DNA of 64,000 bases from an uncultured delta proteobacterium (GTDB lineage Bacteria > Myxococcota > Myxococcia > Myxococcales > Myxococcaceae). The stretch is taken from assembly GCA_963713045.1 (NCBI GenBank), contig CAVQKE010000001.1:256001-320000 (forward strand), given 5' to 3'. Below the pieces are notes generated by a model, which was not told where the DNA came from, searched no databases, and was given only the letters and a program-made list of their open reading frames with translations. Position 1 is the first letter of the stretch. Every line of letters starts with the position of its first letter. This document shows positions 47,506 to 55,657 of the stretch, in pieces. Made by a program: the position numbers and the translations under genes.

Positions 47506-48417
47506 TCATCCTGAGGTCGCGACATTCCTCTCTTGGACCGCCGCGACGGCGCCCTCGCGGAGGAAGGCGGTTGTGGCACGCACCACCTCTGCATCCGACA
47601 GGATGCGAGTGTGTCCGACGCCGGTCAGCGGAACGAAGCGCGCCCCCGGCCAGGCTTCGGCAATCGCACGCCCGTGTGCAAAGGGCACATCTCTGTCGCC
47701 CACGTCGTGGAAGATGAGTGCCGGTCGACGCATCCACCCGGCGAAAGCCCGCACGTCGAGTGAGTTGAGGTGAACACCCACCTGACGCTGAACTTCGGCC
47801 AGCATGCCCTCGGTGCGCACTGCAGACAGGCCCAACACCTCCGCCAGCCGTCGAGCGAAGTGCGGGGCTGCGGCGGGGGGGGCGAGGAGGACGGCGCGCT
47901 GGGCCGGAAGGTGGTCAAAGAGGGCCAACGCCGTGGCGGTGGCGCCCAGCGAATGTGCCACCACCGCGTGCAGTGGCCCAGTGGCACGGGCAATGGACTG
48001 GATGGCCTCGGCCATCTTCAACACCGTCGTGCGGCGGCCGCCAGAATGGCTGTGGGCCGGCTGGTCGAACGCCACCACCCGGAAGCCGGCCTCGACGAGA
48101 GGCCGGATGAAACTGCTCAGCTGCCCGGCGTGGCCGTTCCACCCGTGGGCAAGCACGACGGTGGGGCCGTGGCCCCAGGCCCAGACGGCAAGGTCGACGT
48201 TTCCACTCACGACGCGGAGGCGCTGCGCGCCCAGTCCCGGCGCGCCCGGCTCCGGGCGCCGCCGCCGGAGCGGCGTGAGGAAGAGGGCCGCTGCTCTGCG
48301 GTCGGAAGTCCGCGGGGCAAACCGGGCCAGGAGGCGGAATTGTGCACGCAGGAGCGCTCGAAATATCCGAGCGTTCGTGCTTTTTTTCGAGATGGAGACG
48401 ACACGGGACGGCGGCAT
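47506..48417 (-). CDS. Alpha/beta hydrolase
   Basis: HGWNG, AHSLG nucleophile elbow, HD..D and GH. Confidence 0.88.
   Translation of the reverse strand: MPPSRVVSISKKSTNARIFRALLRAQFRLLARFAPRTSDRRAAALFLTPLRRRRPEPGAPGLGAQRLRVVSGNVDLAVWAWGHGPTVVLAHGWNGHAGQLSSFIRPLVEAGFRVVAFDQPAHSHSGGRRTTVLKMAEAIQSIARATGPLHAVVAHSLGATATALALFDHLPAQRAVLLAPPAAAPHFARRLAEVLGLSAVRTEGMLAEVQRQVGVHLNSLDVRAFAGWMRRPALIFHDVGDRDVPFAHGRAIAEAWPGARFVPLTGVGHTRILSDAEVVRATTAFLREGAVAAVQERNVATSG
48367..48381. promoter_or_regulatory. Second TetR-operator-like site inside the hydrolase 5' coding region
   Basis: CCGAGCGTTCGTGCT matches 13 of 14 bases of the CGAACGTTCGTGCT site at 49043-49056. Confidence 0.55.
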
Positions 48418-48431
48418 GGGGACTTCCTCCT

Positions 48432-49028
48432 TCAGGAAACAGCGGCGGCGTCGGACATCAGCCGGTCAAACCCGGTCCTCAGGGCAGCTTCGGCTCGGGG
48501 GTCTCGCAACAGCCGTTTGGCGTGGTGGTAGCCGAGAAGCAATCCGTAGAACTCGAAGGCGAACTGTCGACAATCGACGTCCTTGCGGAAGTGACCCACG
48601 TCAATGGCCATCCGTGCCGAGCGGGTGAAGGCGTCGTGAAGCTGGCGCTGCGTCTCGACGAGGAAGTCCCGCGGACGCCCCGCGCGGTCATCCAGTTCGA
48701 CCGCCGCCGTGACGAAGAGGCAGCCGCCGGAGGCTTCGGGCGAGTTTGCCCAGCGAACCCAATTTTCGAACAGCTGGCGGATGCGAGGTGTCCCGCGGGC
48801 AGCCCGGAAGGCCGGGCGCACCACGTCGTCCTCGAAGCGCCGAGCCGCCGCACGCAGGACCTCCACCTGGAGCTCTTCCTTGGAACCGAAGTGGGCGAAT
48901 AACCCGCTCTTGGACATGGCCAACGCCTCGGCCAACCCGCCGATGCTCAAGCCTTCGAGACCGTCTCGGCTCGCCATGCGGAAGGCCCGGTCAAGAATCC
49001 GTTCGCGGGTGTCGTCTCCCTTGGACAT
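48432..49028 (-). CDS. TetR/AcrR family regulator
   Basis: TRERIL...GLEGLSIG.LA..L.MSKSGLFAHFGSKEELQ; GGCLF. Confidence 0.93.
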   Translation of the reverse strand: MSKGDDTRERILDRAFRMASRDGLEGLSIGGLAEALAMSKSGLFAHFGSKEELQVEVLRAAARRFEDDVVRPAFRAARGTPRIRQLFENWVRWANSPEASGGCLFVTAAVELDDRAGRPRDFLVETQRQLHDAFTRSARMAIDVGHFRKDVDCRQFAFEFYGLLLGYHHAKRLLRDPRAEAALRTGFDRLMSDAAAVS

Positions 49029-49040
49029 GGCCGCCCGCAT

Positions 49041-49065
49041 AACGAACGTTCGTGCTGTTTGTCAA
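49041..49065 (-). promoter_or_regulatory. TetR promoter with palindromic operator
   Basis: Minus-strand TTGACA followed in the spacer by the perfect palindrome ACGAACGTTCGT (49042-49053). Confidence 0.7.
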
Positions 49066-49107
49066 GGCCAACGGCTGGTCTAGTGTGGGCGCCGACGGGA
49101 GGACACC

Positions 49108-49749
49108 ATGCCGCAACGCGTCGACGAGGTTCGGGGCACGCAACTGACGGTGCGCTTTGAGGGCAGCCGCTGCATCCACTCCCGCACCTGCGTGCTGGGC
49201 CGCCCGGATGTCTTCCTCCCCAACGCCCCCGGGCAGTGGATACATCCGGACGCCGCCAGCGCGGAGACGGTGGCGGCGTTGGTGCAACAGTGCCCTTCAG
49301 GTGCCCTCACCTACCAGCGCCTCGACGGTGGCGAACAAGAAACAGCCCCCTGCGTAAACGTCGTGCGCATTGGCGAGAATGGGCCACTCGCCTTTCACGC
49401 GGAGCTCCATCTCCAAGGGGAGGAGCCGAGGTTTCGTGCGACGCTCTGCCGTTGCGGCGCCTCCTCGAAGAAGCCCTTTTGCGACAGTGCCCATGTCCGA
49501 GTCGGCTTCACCGCCACCGGTGAGCCCAGGACGCAGGAGAGCCCGGGACTCGAGGAGCGGTCCGGCCCACTGGCCGTCACGCCGTTACCCAACGGGCCCC
49601 TGTTGGTGGAAGGCAACCTGGAAGTGGTCTCGGGGACCGGGCGGATGGTATCTCGCACGCGCAAGGCGGCGTTCTGCCGGTGCGGCGCCTCGGCCAACAA
49701 GCCCTTCTGCGACGGCTCGCACGCGCGCGTTGGCTTTCGCTCGGAGTAG
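49108..49749 (+). CDS. CDGSH iron-sulfur domain protein with N-terminal divergent 4Fe-4S domain
   Basis: CIHSRTC...CPSGAL; two CRCG.S..KPFCD(S/G)(A/S)H motifs. Confidence 0.92.
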   Translation: MPQRVDEVRGTQLTVRFEGSRCIHSRTCVLGRPDVFLPNAPGQWIHPDAASAETVAALVQQCPSGALTYQRLDGGEQETAPCVNVVRIGENGPLAFHAELHLQGEEPRFRATLCRCGASSKKPFCDSAHVRVGFTATGEPRTQESPGLEERSGPLAVTPLPNGPLLVEGNLEVVSGTGRMVSRTRKAAFCRCGASANKPFCDGSHARVGFRSE

Positions 49750-49861
49750 GCCTAAGCCGTTGTTGCGTCTAGGCCCGTGTCGTTCCACGACGCCGGCCTG
49801 GCCGCCGTGCTAACTCGCAACAGCCCCGTAGGGGGCAACCTTCGGCAGGGAGAGGGACGTC

Positions 49862-50524
49862 ATGCTTCGAACCATCCTCATCGCAGTCGGCGCGCTGGTG
49901 ATGCTGCTGCTCATTCTCATCCTGACGCGGCCGGACACCTACAGCGTCGGTCGCAGCACCACCATCGCCGCGCCAGGAGATGTGGTTTACGCGCAAATCG
50001 CCGACTTCCACCGCTGGGACGCCTGGTCGCCTTGGGCCAAGCTGGACCCGGCGGTGAAGGTGACGTACTCGGGCCCAGCGTCGGGGCCGGGCGCGGCCTA
50101 TACCTGGACGGGCAACGACAAGGTGGGCGAGGGGAAGATGCTCATCACCGGTGCGAGGCTCAACCAGGAGGTGAACATCAAGCTCGACTTTATCCGCCCC
50201 TTCGAAGCCACGGCCAGCACTGGGTTTGCGTTGGAGCCTACCGGCAGCGGCACCAAAGTCACCTGGACCATGTCCGGCAACCAGGGCTTCGTCATGAAGG
50301 CCATGTCCCTGGTCCATGACATGGGCAAAGACATTGGAACGGACTTCGACCGCGGTTTGCTCGCCCTCAAAAACGTTTCAGAGGCGGAGGCCAAGCGTCA
50401 AGCGGAGGAAGCCGCGAGGAAGGCCGCGGCCGACGCAGCCGCCGCACAAGCGGCGGCGGATGCGGCAGCGGCCCAGGCGGCGGCCGACGCGGCCGCTAAG
50501 AAGCATCCCAAGGCCCACCACTAG
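49862..50524 (+). CDS. SRPBCC/polyketide-cyclase family protein with Ala-rich tail
   Basis: DFHRWDAWSPW, WTGNDKVGEG, LDFIRPF; AAADAAAAQ repeats. Confidence 0.85.
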   Translation: MLRTILIAVGALVMLLLILILTRPDTYSVGRSTTIAAPGDVVYAQIADFHRWDAWSPWAKLDPAVKVTYSGPASGPGAAYTWTGNDKVGEGKMLITGARLNQEVNIKLDFIRPFEATASTGFALEPTGSGTKVTWTMSGNQGFVMKAMSLVHDMGKDIGTDFDRGLLALKNVSEAEAKRQAEEAARKAAADAAAAQAAADAAAAQAAADAAAKKHPKAHH

Positions 50525-50605
50525 ACGCCTCCGGCAAGCAGCCCCTTCTCCCAAAGGGCGCGCCGGTTGCCCCCAAGCGTCCCCGGACGCTAAAGGGTCA
50601 CTTCG

Positions 50606-51151
50606 GTGTCGAACTTTGCGTCCGAGAGCGGTGGGGCCGCTGTACCGCGCAGTGAGGACGTCCCCGAGGCGCTTCTGGACTGCCATGCGCGCCTCCGGCA
50701 GCTGACCGGACGGGCGACCGCGCTCGGGGCGTCACCGGGCGGCACGGCCGAGGCCGTGCGGGAGGTGGCCGAGAAGCTGTACCGCTATCTCACCGTGTCA
50801 CTGCCCCTGCACGAGGAGGACGAGGAGGCCTCCCTCTTCCCTCGACTGCTTCGCCACGCGCCCGAGCTCGCGCCCACTCTGGCCGCGCTTCGCGCGGACC
50901 ACCAAGTCCAGGCGGAGCGCGTCGCACCGCTGGTTTCCCTTTGCCAACGGGTGCAGCGGGCACCAGAGCAGGCGGCGGCACTGGCAGGCACCCTCGCCGC
51001 TGCAGCACAGGGGCTGCAAGACGTCTTCCAAACGCACCTCGTGACGGAAGAGCGCGACATTTTTCCGGCGGTGCGCCGCGTCCTGGCCGATAGGGCGCGG
51101 GCCGAGATTCGAGAGGAGATGCGCGCCCGCCGCTCGCGCCTGCCCCGGTGA
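50606..51151 (+). CDS. Hemerythrin-like domain protein
   Basis: CHARL, HEEDEE..LFP, DH, HLVTEE..IFP. Confidence 0.82.
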   Translation: MSNFASESGGAAVPRSEDVPEALLDCHARLRQLTGRATALGASPGGTAEAVREVAEKLYRYLTVSLPLHEEDEEASLFPRLLRHAPELAPTLAALRADHQVQAERVAPLVSLCQRVQRAPEQAAALAGTLAAAAQGLQDVFQTHLVTEERDIFPAVRRVLADRARAEIREEMRARRSRLPR

Positions 51152-51600
51152 GCAGCCGCCGCCTCCTCCCGTTCGCCGTCTTGTGCCTGCTTTGGGCGGG
51201 CATCGTCGTCGGCATTTCCTTCATCGAGGCCCCAGTGAAGTTTCACGCCCCGACGCTGACCCGCGCCGCGGCCTTGGACGTTGGGCGCACCGTCTTTCAG
51301 GCCTCCCAGTGGGTGCAGGCAGTTTTCGCCGTCCTTGCGGTGGGCGCAGCGCTCTTCGGCCGGGTGCCTCGCCCAGCGTGGCTGTGCCTTGCGGTGGGCG
51401 TGGGCGCCCTCGTGGTGCAAATGGAATGGCTCTTTCCGCTGCTGGCTGCCCGGACCGAAGCCATCCTCTCCGGGGCCGTCCCCACCGGTCCCAATCCGCA
51501 CCGCGCCTACGGCCTTTTGGAAGTCTTCAAAGTGCTGGCCCTCATTCTCGGTGCGGTGCTGGCCCTGCTTCTGCCACGGCCGAGCCATACATCCTCTTGA
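51148..51600 (+). CDS. DUF4149-like membrane protein
   Basis: GISFIEAPVKF, LDVGR.VF, H..Y..LEVFK; GTGA overlap with upstream gene. Confidence 0.7.
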   Translation: MSSRRLLPFAVLCLLWAGIVVGISFIEAPVKFHAPTLTRAAALDVGRTVFQASQWVQAVFAVLAVGAALFGRVPRPAWLCLAVGVGALVVQMEWLFPLLAARTEAILSGAVPTGPNPHRAYGLLEVFKVLALILGAVLALLLPRPSHTSS

Positions 51601-51658
51601 GGTCCGTCGCGCCCGTTGCTGAGGCCGCTCCGTCCTTCCCCAGTTTGGCTGGCAGTCG

Positions 51659-52174
51659 CTACCGAGAACGACGCGGCTTTTTGCGCCCTGGGCGCTTGAC
51701 GGCTCGGCGCGTCGTGCTGGCCGGCTTCGCGTGCCGGCGGCCGCCGGCGCCGCTTCGCGTTGCTGCCCGTGGCCGGGCTGCCGTCTGGAAGTACTTCTTC
51801 ATCGGTCGAAAGTAGAAGGCCGACCATCCGGCCTGGTAGTCGGCCTCCTGCCCGGTGGGAATGTGTGCGTGCACCACCGTCAGCCGAGTCCCTCCGCGGG
51901 CCGCCTCAAAAAAAACTTCTACCCTCGAATCCGGTGCGGCGACCGGGAAGTCGGTGGTGCGCCAGGCGTGGACAATGCGCTCGCCCGGTTCGAGCACCAG
52001 GTACGTCCCCTGGATGTAGCCTGCCCACGCGGTGAAGGCGCCGCCGATGCGTGGCTCGGAGGTGGCAACCCCTCCGCCGGTAAAAGCAGCATGGGTCCGT
52101 GGGTCGAGCCAGGCACGGTAGACAGCCGAAGGCTGGGCCCGCACCACGGTGGACATTTTAAAGCCGTTGGACAC
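51659..52174 (-). CDS. AHSA1/SRPBCC domain protein with basic tail
   Basis: GGAGGGAG RBS + GTG; VYRAWLD, GGAFTAW.GYI.G, GW..FYF.PMK.YF. Confidence 0.8.
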   Translation of the reverse strand: MSNGFKMSTVVRAQPSAVYRAWLDPRTHAAFTGGGVATSEPRIGGAFTAWAGYIQGTYLVLEPGERIVHAWRTTDFPVAAPDSRVEVFFEAARGGTRLTVVHAHIPTGQEADYQAGWSAFYFRPMKKYFQTAARPRAATRSGAGGRRHAKPASTTRRAVKRPGRKKPRRSR

Positions 52175-52283
52175 GGCTCCCTCCCTTCGAAACCAGCACC
52201 GGACTCTAGCCCAACGAGGCGCGACAACCCTCCTTGAAGGGTCCTCTGCCGTCCTCCCCATTGGGGTACCATTTGTTGGAGAG

Positions 52284-52793
52284 ATGGCGGAGCCCATTCG
52301 CACTGAGCGTCTCGTCCTTCGCGAGCCGGAGGAGGCCGACCTCCCGAGCCTGGTTGCAATCCTCCGGGAACCGGAGGTCGCTCGCTGGTGGCCCGGATTC
52401 GACGAGGCCGAGGCCCGCCGAGCGCTCCTGGGGCGAGAGGACATCGCCGTGTTCGCCATCGAGCACCAGGGACGCGCCATCGGTGCAATTCAATTCTACG
52501 AGCACCCCGACCCGAGTTACCGCCATGCGGGCGTCGACCTGTTTCTCGCGTCGGCCTTCCAGGGCCAGGGTCTCGGGAGCGAGGCGGTGCAGGGACTGGC
52601 CCGCCACCTCTTCCGCGTGCGAGGCCACCACCGCGTGGTGATTGACCCGGCCGCCGAGAACCTTCGCGCCATCCGCGCCTACGAGCGAGCCGGTTTCCGT
52701 CAAGTCGGTGTCATGCGTCAGTACGAGCGCGGCTCCGATGGGCACTGGCACGACGGCGTGATGATGGAACTGCTGCAGGAGGACCTGCGCTAA
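52284..52793 (+). CDS. GNAT acetyltransferase (RimJ/AAC(6')-like fold)
   Basis: EVARWW, QGQGLG, IDPAAENLRAIRAYERAGF. Confidence 0.85.
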   Translation: MAEPIRTERLVLREPEEADLPSLVAILREPEVARWWPGFDEAEARRALLGREDIAVFAIEHQGRAIGAIQFYEHPDPSYRHAGVDLFLASAFQGQGLGSEAVQGLARHLFRVRGHHRVVIDPAAENLRAIRAYERAGFRQVGVMRQYERGSDGHWHDGVMMELLQEDLR

Positions 52794-52936
52794 TTGGCGG
52801 TGCCCCACCTGGCGCCGGCCAACCGCGGAGCCCTTTGAGGTAAGGGCCGGTCACTAAGCGTCGAGCGAGCGCTTGACTGCGTCCGAGGAGCCGAGCAGGG
52901 TCCGCGCCATTCTACTTTCCAGAGGGGTACCTCACG

Positions 52937-53635
52937 ATGCCCATCAGCAACCGTGCTGCGGCGGAATTTTTCGGTACGTTTTGGCTCGTCCTAGGAGGCT
53001 GCGGCAGTGCGGTCCTCGCGGCCGGCGTTCCCATTCTGGGCATCGGTTATGCCGGCGTCGCACTGGCGTTCGGACTCACGGTGCTGACTGGCGTTTACGC
53101 GCTGGGCGCGATTTCCGGCGGCCATTTCAACCCGGCCGTCTCGGTCGGCCTGTTCGTGGCGAAGCGCTTCGCGGCCAAGGACGTGCTGCCCTACATCGTC
53201 GCCCAAGTGGCCGGGGCGGTGACGGCTGCGGCCGTTCTCTACGTGATTGCCAGCGGCATCCCGAGCTTCAGCACCGCTCATGGCTTCGCCGCCAACGGCT
53301 ACGGCGAGCACAGCCAGCGCGGCTACTCTCTTTTGGCGTGCGTGGTGTGCGAGGTGGTGATGTCCTTCATGTTTTTGATGGTGATTCTCGGCGCCACCGA
53401 CGCCCGCGCGCCCAAGGGTTTCGCCGGGCTGGCAATTGGCCTGTGTTTGACGCTGATTCACCTCATCAGCATCCCGGTCACCGGCACCTCGGTAAATCCC
53501 GCGCGCAGCACGGGCCCGGCCCTCTTCGTCGGTGGTTGGGCCCTCTCACAGCTTTGGCTGTTCTGGGTTGCCCCTCTGGTCGGTGGGGCTCTGGCCGGTG
53601 TGACCTACCCAGCACTGATGAAGGAAAAGAGCTGA
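52937..53635 (+). CDS. aqpZ: Aquaporin Z
   Basis: [18 protein letters not shown]; two NPA motifs ([13 protein letters not shown]). Confidence 0.96.
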   Translation: MPISNRAAAEFFGTFWLVLGGCGSAVLAAGVPILGIGYAGVALAFGLTVLTGVYALGAISGGHFNPAVSVGLFVAKRFAAKDVLPYIVAQVAGAVTAAAVLYVIASGIPSFSTAHGFAANGYGEHSQRGYSLLACVVCEVVMSFMFLMVILGATDARAPKGFAGLAIGLCLTLIHLISIPVTGTSVNPARSTGPALFVGGWALSQLWLFWVAPLVGGALAGVTYPALMKEKS

Positions 53636-53798
53636 CCCCAGCGAGGCTGGCACACGGCCCCCTGACGGCCGAAACCGTTCGCCGCTTTGCGCCGTACTGG
53701 GCTCTGCGTGTGGGTGTCCCCTCTTGTGTTACCGTTGTCGGAGGGTAACCGGGAGACTCCAAAGAGACCGGGCCCCTCTGCCAGAGGCAGCCATTCCG

Positions 53799-54284
53799 AT
53801 GCAGCTTGAAGTTCGGCCCTTCTCCCTCGTCCTGTTGCTGTGGACCGCTTGTGCGACGGCGCCCTCCACGCCGACCAGCTCGGACGTTCCAGCCCAAAAG
53901 GCCGCAACCGGCTCGGATGCTGCGCCGACGCTCTACCAGCGGCTCGGTGGCCGCGACGTCATCAACGCCTTGGTCGCCACCTTCGTCAACAACGTGGGAC
54001 GCGACCCGCGCATCCAGCTGCGGTTTCTGTTTACCGACCTGGACAGTCTCCGGGGCCACCTCTCGGAGCAAATCTGCGAAGCCAGCGGCGGCCCGTGCAA
54101 GTACACCGGCCGGCCGATGAAGTCGGGCCATGCCGGGATGCACATCCAAAACGCCGAATTTGACGCGATGGCCGAGGACTTGGTGGCTGCCCTCAAGGTC
54201 CATGGCATTGGCGCCAAGGAGCAGCAGGAATTGCTCGCCGTGGTGGGCTCGATGCGCGGCGACATTGTCGAGAGACCGCAGTGA
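53799..54284 (+). CDS. Group I truncated hemoglobin with putative lipoprotein signal
   Basis: LYQRLGG, GGPCKYTGRPM...HAGM; N-terminal LVLLLWTAC. Confidence 0.88.
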   Translation: MQLEVRPFSLVLLLWTACATAPSTPTSSDVPAQKAATGSDAAPTLYQRLGGRDVINALVATFVNNVGRDPRIQLRFLFTDLDSLRGHLSEQICEASGGPCKYTGRPMKSGHAGMHIQNAEFDAMAEDLVAALKVHGIGAKEQQELLAVVGSMRGDIVERPQ

Positions 54285-55657
54285 ACGCCACCGTTCCGCC
54301 CACCGTCGCAACCCCGGTGAAGCTGGACGACGAGCTGGAACCTCAGCCGCTGCCCGCGGGTTCGATGTTGAAACACTTCCGCGTAGACCGCCGACTGGCC
54401 GCCGGTGGAATGGGGGAGGTATACGCCGGCTTCGACACCTCTCTGAATCGCCCGGTGGCTTTGAAAACCATCCGTCCGGGGCTGGCCCGGGACCGGGCCT
54501 TCCTCGTGCGGTTTGTCCGCGAGGCGCAGGCGCAGGCCAATGTGGTCCACCCCCACGTGGTGCAAATCTACTTCGTCGGCGAAGACCAGGGCGTGTGGTT
54601 TATGGCCATGCAGCTGGTGGACGGCGGCTCCTTGCAGGACGAGATGCTCGGTGGACGCGGTCTCAGCTGGCAGCGGGTGGCCAACGACTTCGTCGGCCTG
54701 GCCGACGGAATGGCCGAGGCGGCGCGACTCAACATCATCCACCGGGACATCAAACCGGCAAACATCCTGGTCGACCGCTACGGCATTGCGCACTTGGCGG
54801 ACTTTGGGTTGGCGACCGCACCCGGCGCGGGGAAGGAGTCGTCGAGCACGCACGTGCGCGGAGCGCTGGACGGCGCGGAGAGCGTCACCCACGTCGGCAC
54901 GGTGGTGGGCACCCTGCCCTACATGGCGCCCGAGCAGCTTCGCGGCGAAGCGCTGGACCAGCGGGCGGATGTCTACGGCCTCGGAGCAACCATGTACCAC
55001 CTGCTGAGCGGGCATCCGCCGCTGCAGGCGCGAACGCCGGCGGAGGCCCTGCAGCTTTTGGCCCCAGGGCTTCCTCCCATCCGCAGCCGAGCGCCAGCCA
55101 CCCCCCGGGAGTTGGCCCGCGTCGTCGACCGCTGTGTTGAGCTGGACGCGGGCGCCCGCTTCGCCACCCATGCCGACCTCGCGCGCGCTCTGCGAAGCGC
55201 GGCGCCGCAGCCCGAAGTCCGCCCGGTGTTTCTGGTGCGCTTCCTGGCGGCCCTGTTGGACGTGCTTCCCTTCGCCGTCGTCTTGCGCTTCACCTACAGC
55301 TGGGCGCCCTGGGTCGCCCCCTGCGCACTGTTTCTCTCGCTGGCCCTTGGGCAGCTTCTACTGGGCGCTTCGCCCGGGCAATGGCTGATGCGGCTGCGGC
55401 TCCGCACCTCCGACGACGGAGACGTCTCTTTGGCGCGAGCGGCAGTCCGGGCACTGCTTCAATATGGCGGTTTCTTCCCTCTCGCGTTCACCCTCTTCGC
55501 GCTTTATGCGCGCGGCACGGCGGTGGTGGATGTGCTCGGGCTGTTGACCCTCCTCTGGGCAGGGGTTCCGCTGCTCGGGGCATCGCCCGCGCTCGTCCGA
55601 CTTCCCACGCTGGTCGACCGCTTGACTGGCACGCGTGTGCTGGTGGACGTCCGATGA
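54281..55657 (+). CDS. Hanks-type Ser/Thr protein kinase fused to RDD membrane domain
   Basis: GGMGEVY, VALK, HRDIKPAN, DFG, YMAPE; RDD motifs RFLAALLD...SPG...DRLTGTRV. Confidence 0.9.
   Translation: MNATVPPTVATPVKLDDELEPQPLPAGSMLKHFRVDRRLAAGGMGEVYAGFDTSLNRPVALKTIRPGLARDRAFLVRFVREAQAQANVVHPHVVQIYFVGEDQGVWFMAMQLVDGGSLQDEMLGGRGLSWQRVANDFVGLADGMAEAARLNIIHRDIKPANILVDRYGIAHLADFGLATAPGAGKESSSTHVRGALDGAESVTHVGTVVGTLPYMAPEQLRGEALDQRADVYGLGATMYHLLSGHPPLQARTPAEALQLLAPGLPPIRSRAPATPRELARVVDRCVELDAGARFATHADLARALRSAAPQPEVRPVFLVRFLAALLDVLPFAVVLRFTYSWAPWVAPCALFLSLALGQLLLGASPGQWLMRLRLRTSDDGDVSLARAAVRALLQYGGFFPLAFTLFALYARGTAVVDVLGLLTLLWAGVPLLGASPALVRLPTLVDRLTGTRVLVDVR

Noticed and set aside
50590..50640. GGACGCAAAG on the minus strand as a GEMM riboswitch core
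   Set aside because: Flanking elements are absent and it is antisense to the hemerythrin start.
52284..52793. Aminoglycoside resistance gene aac(6')
   Set aside because: Only fold-level GNAT similarity is visible; no mobile context and the substrate cannot be inferred.
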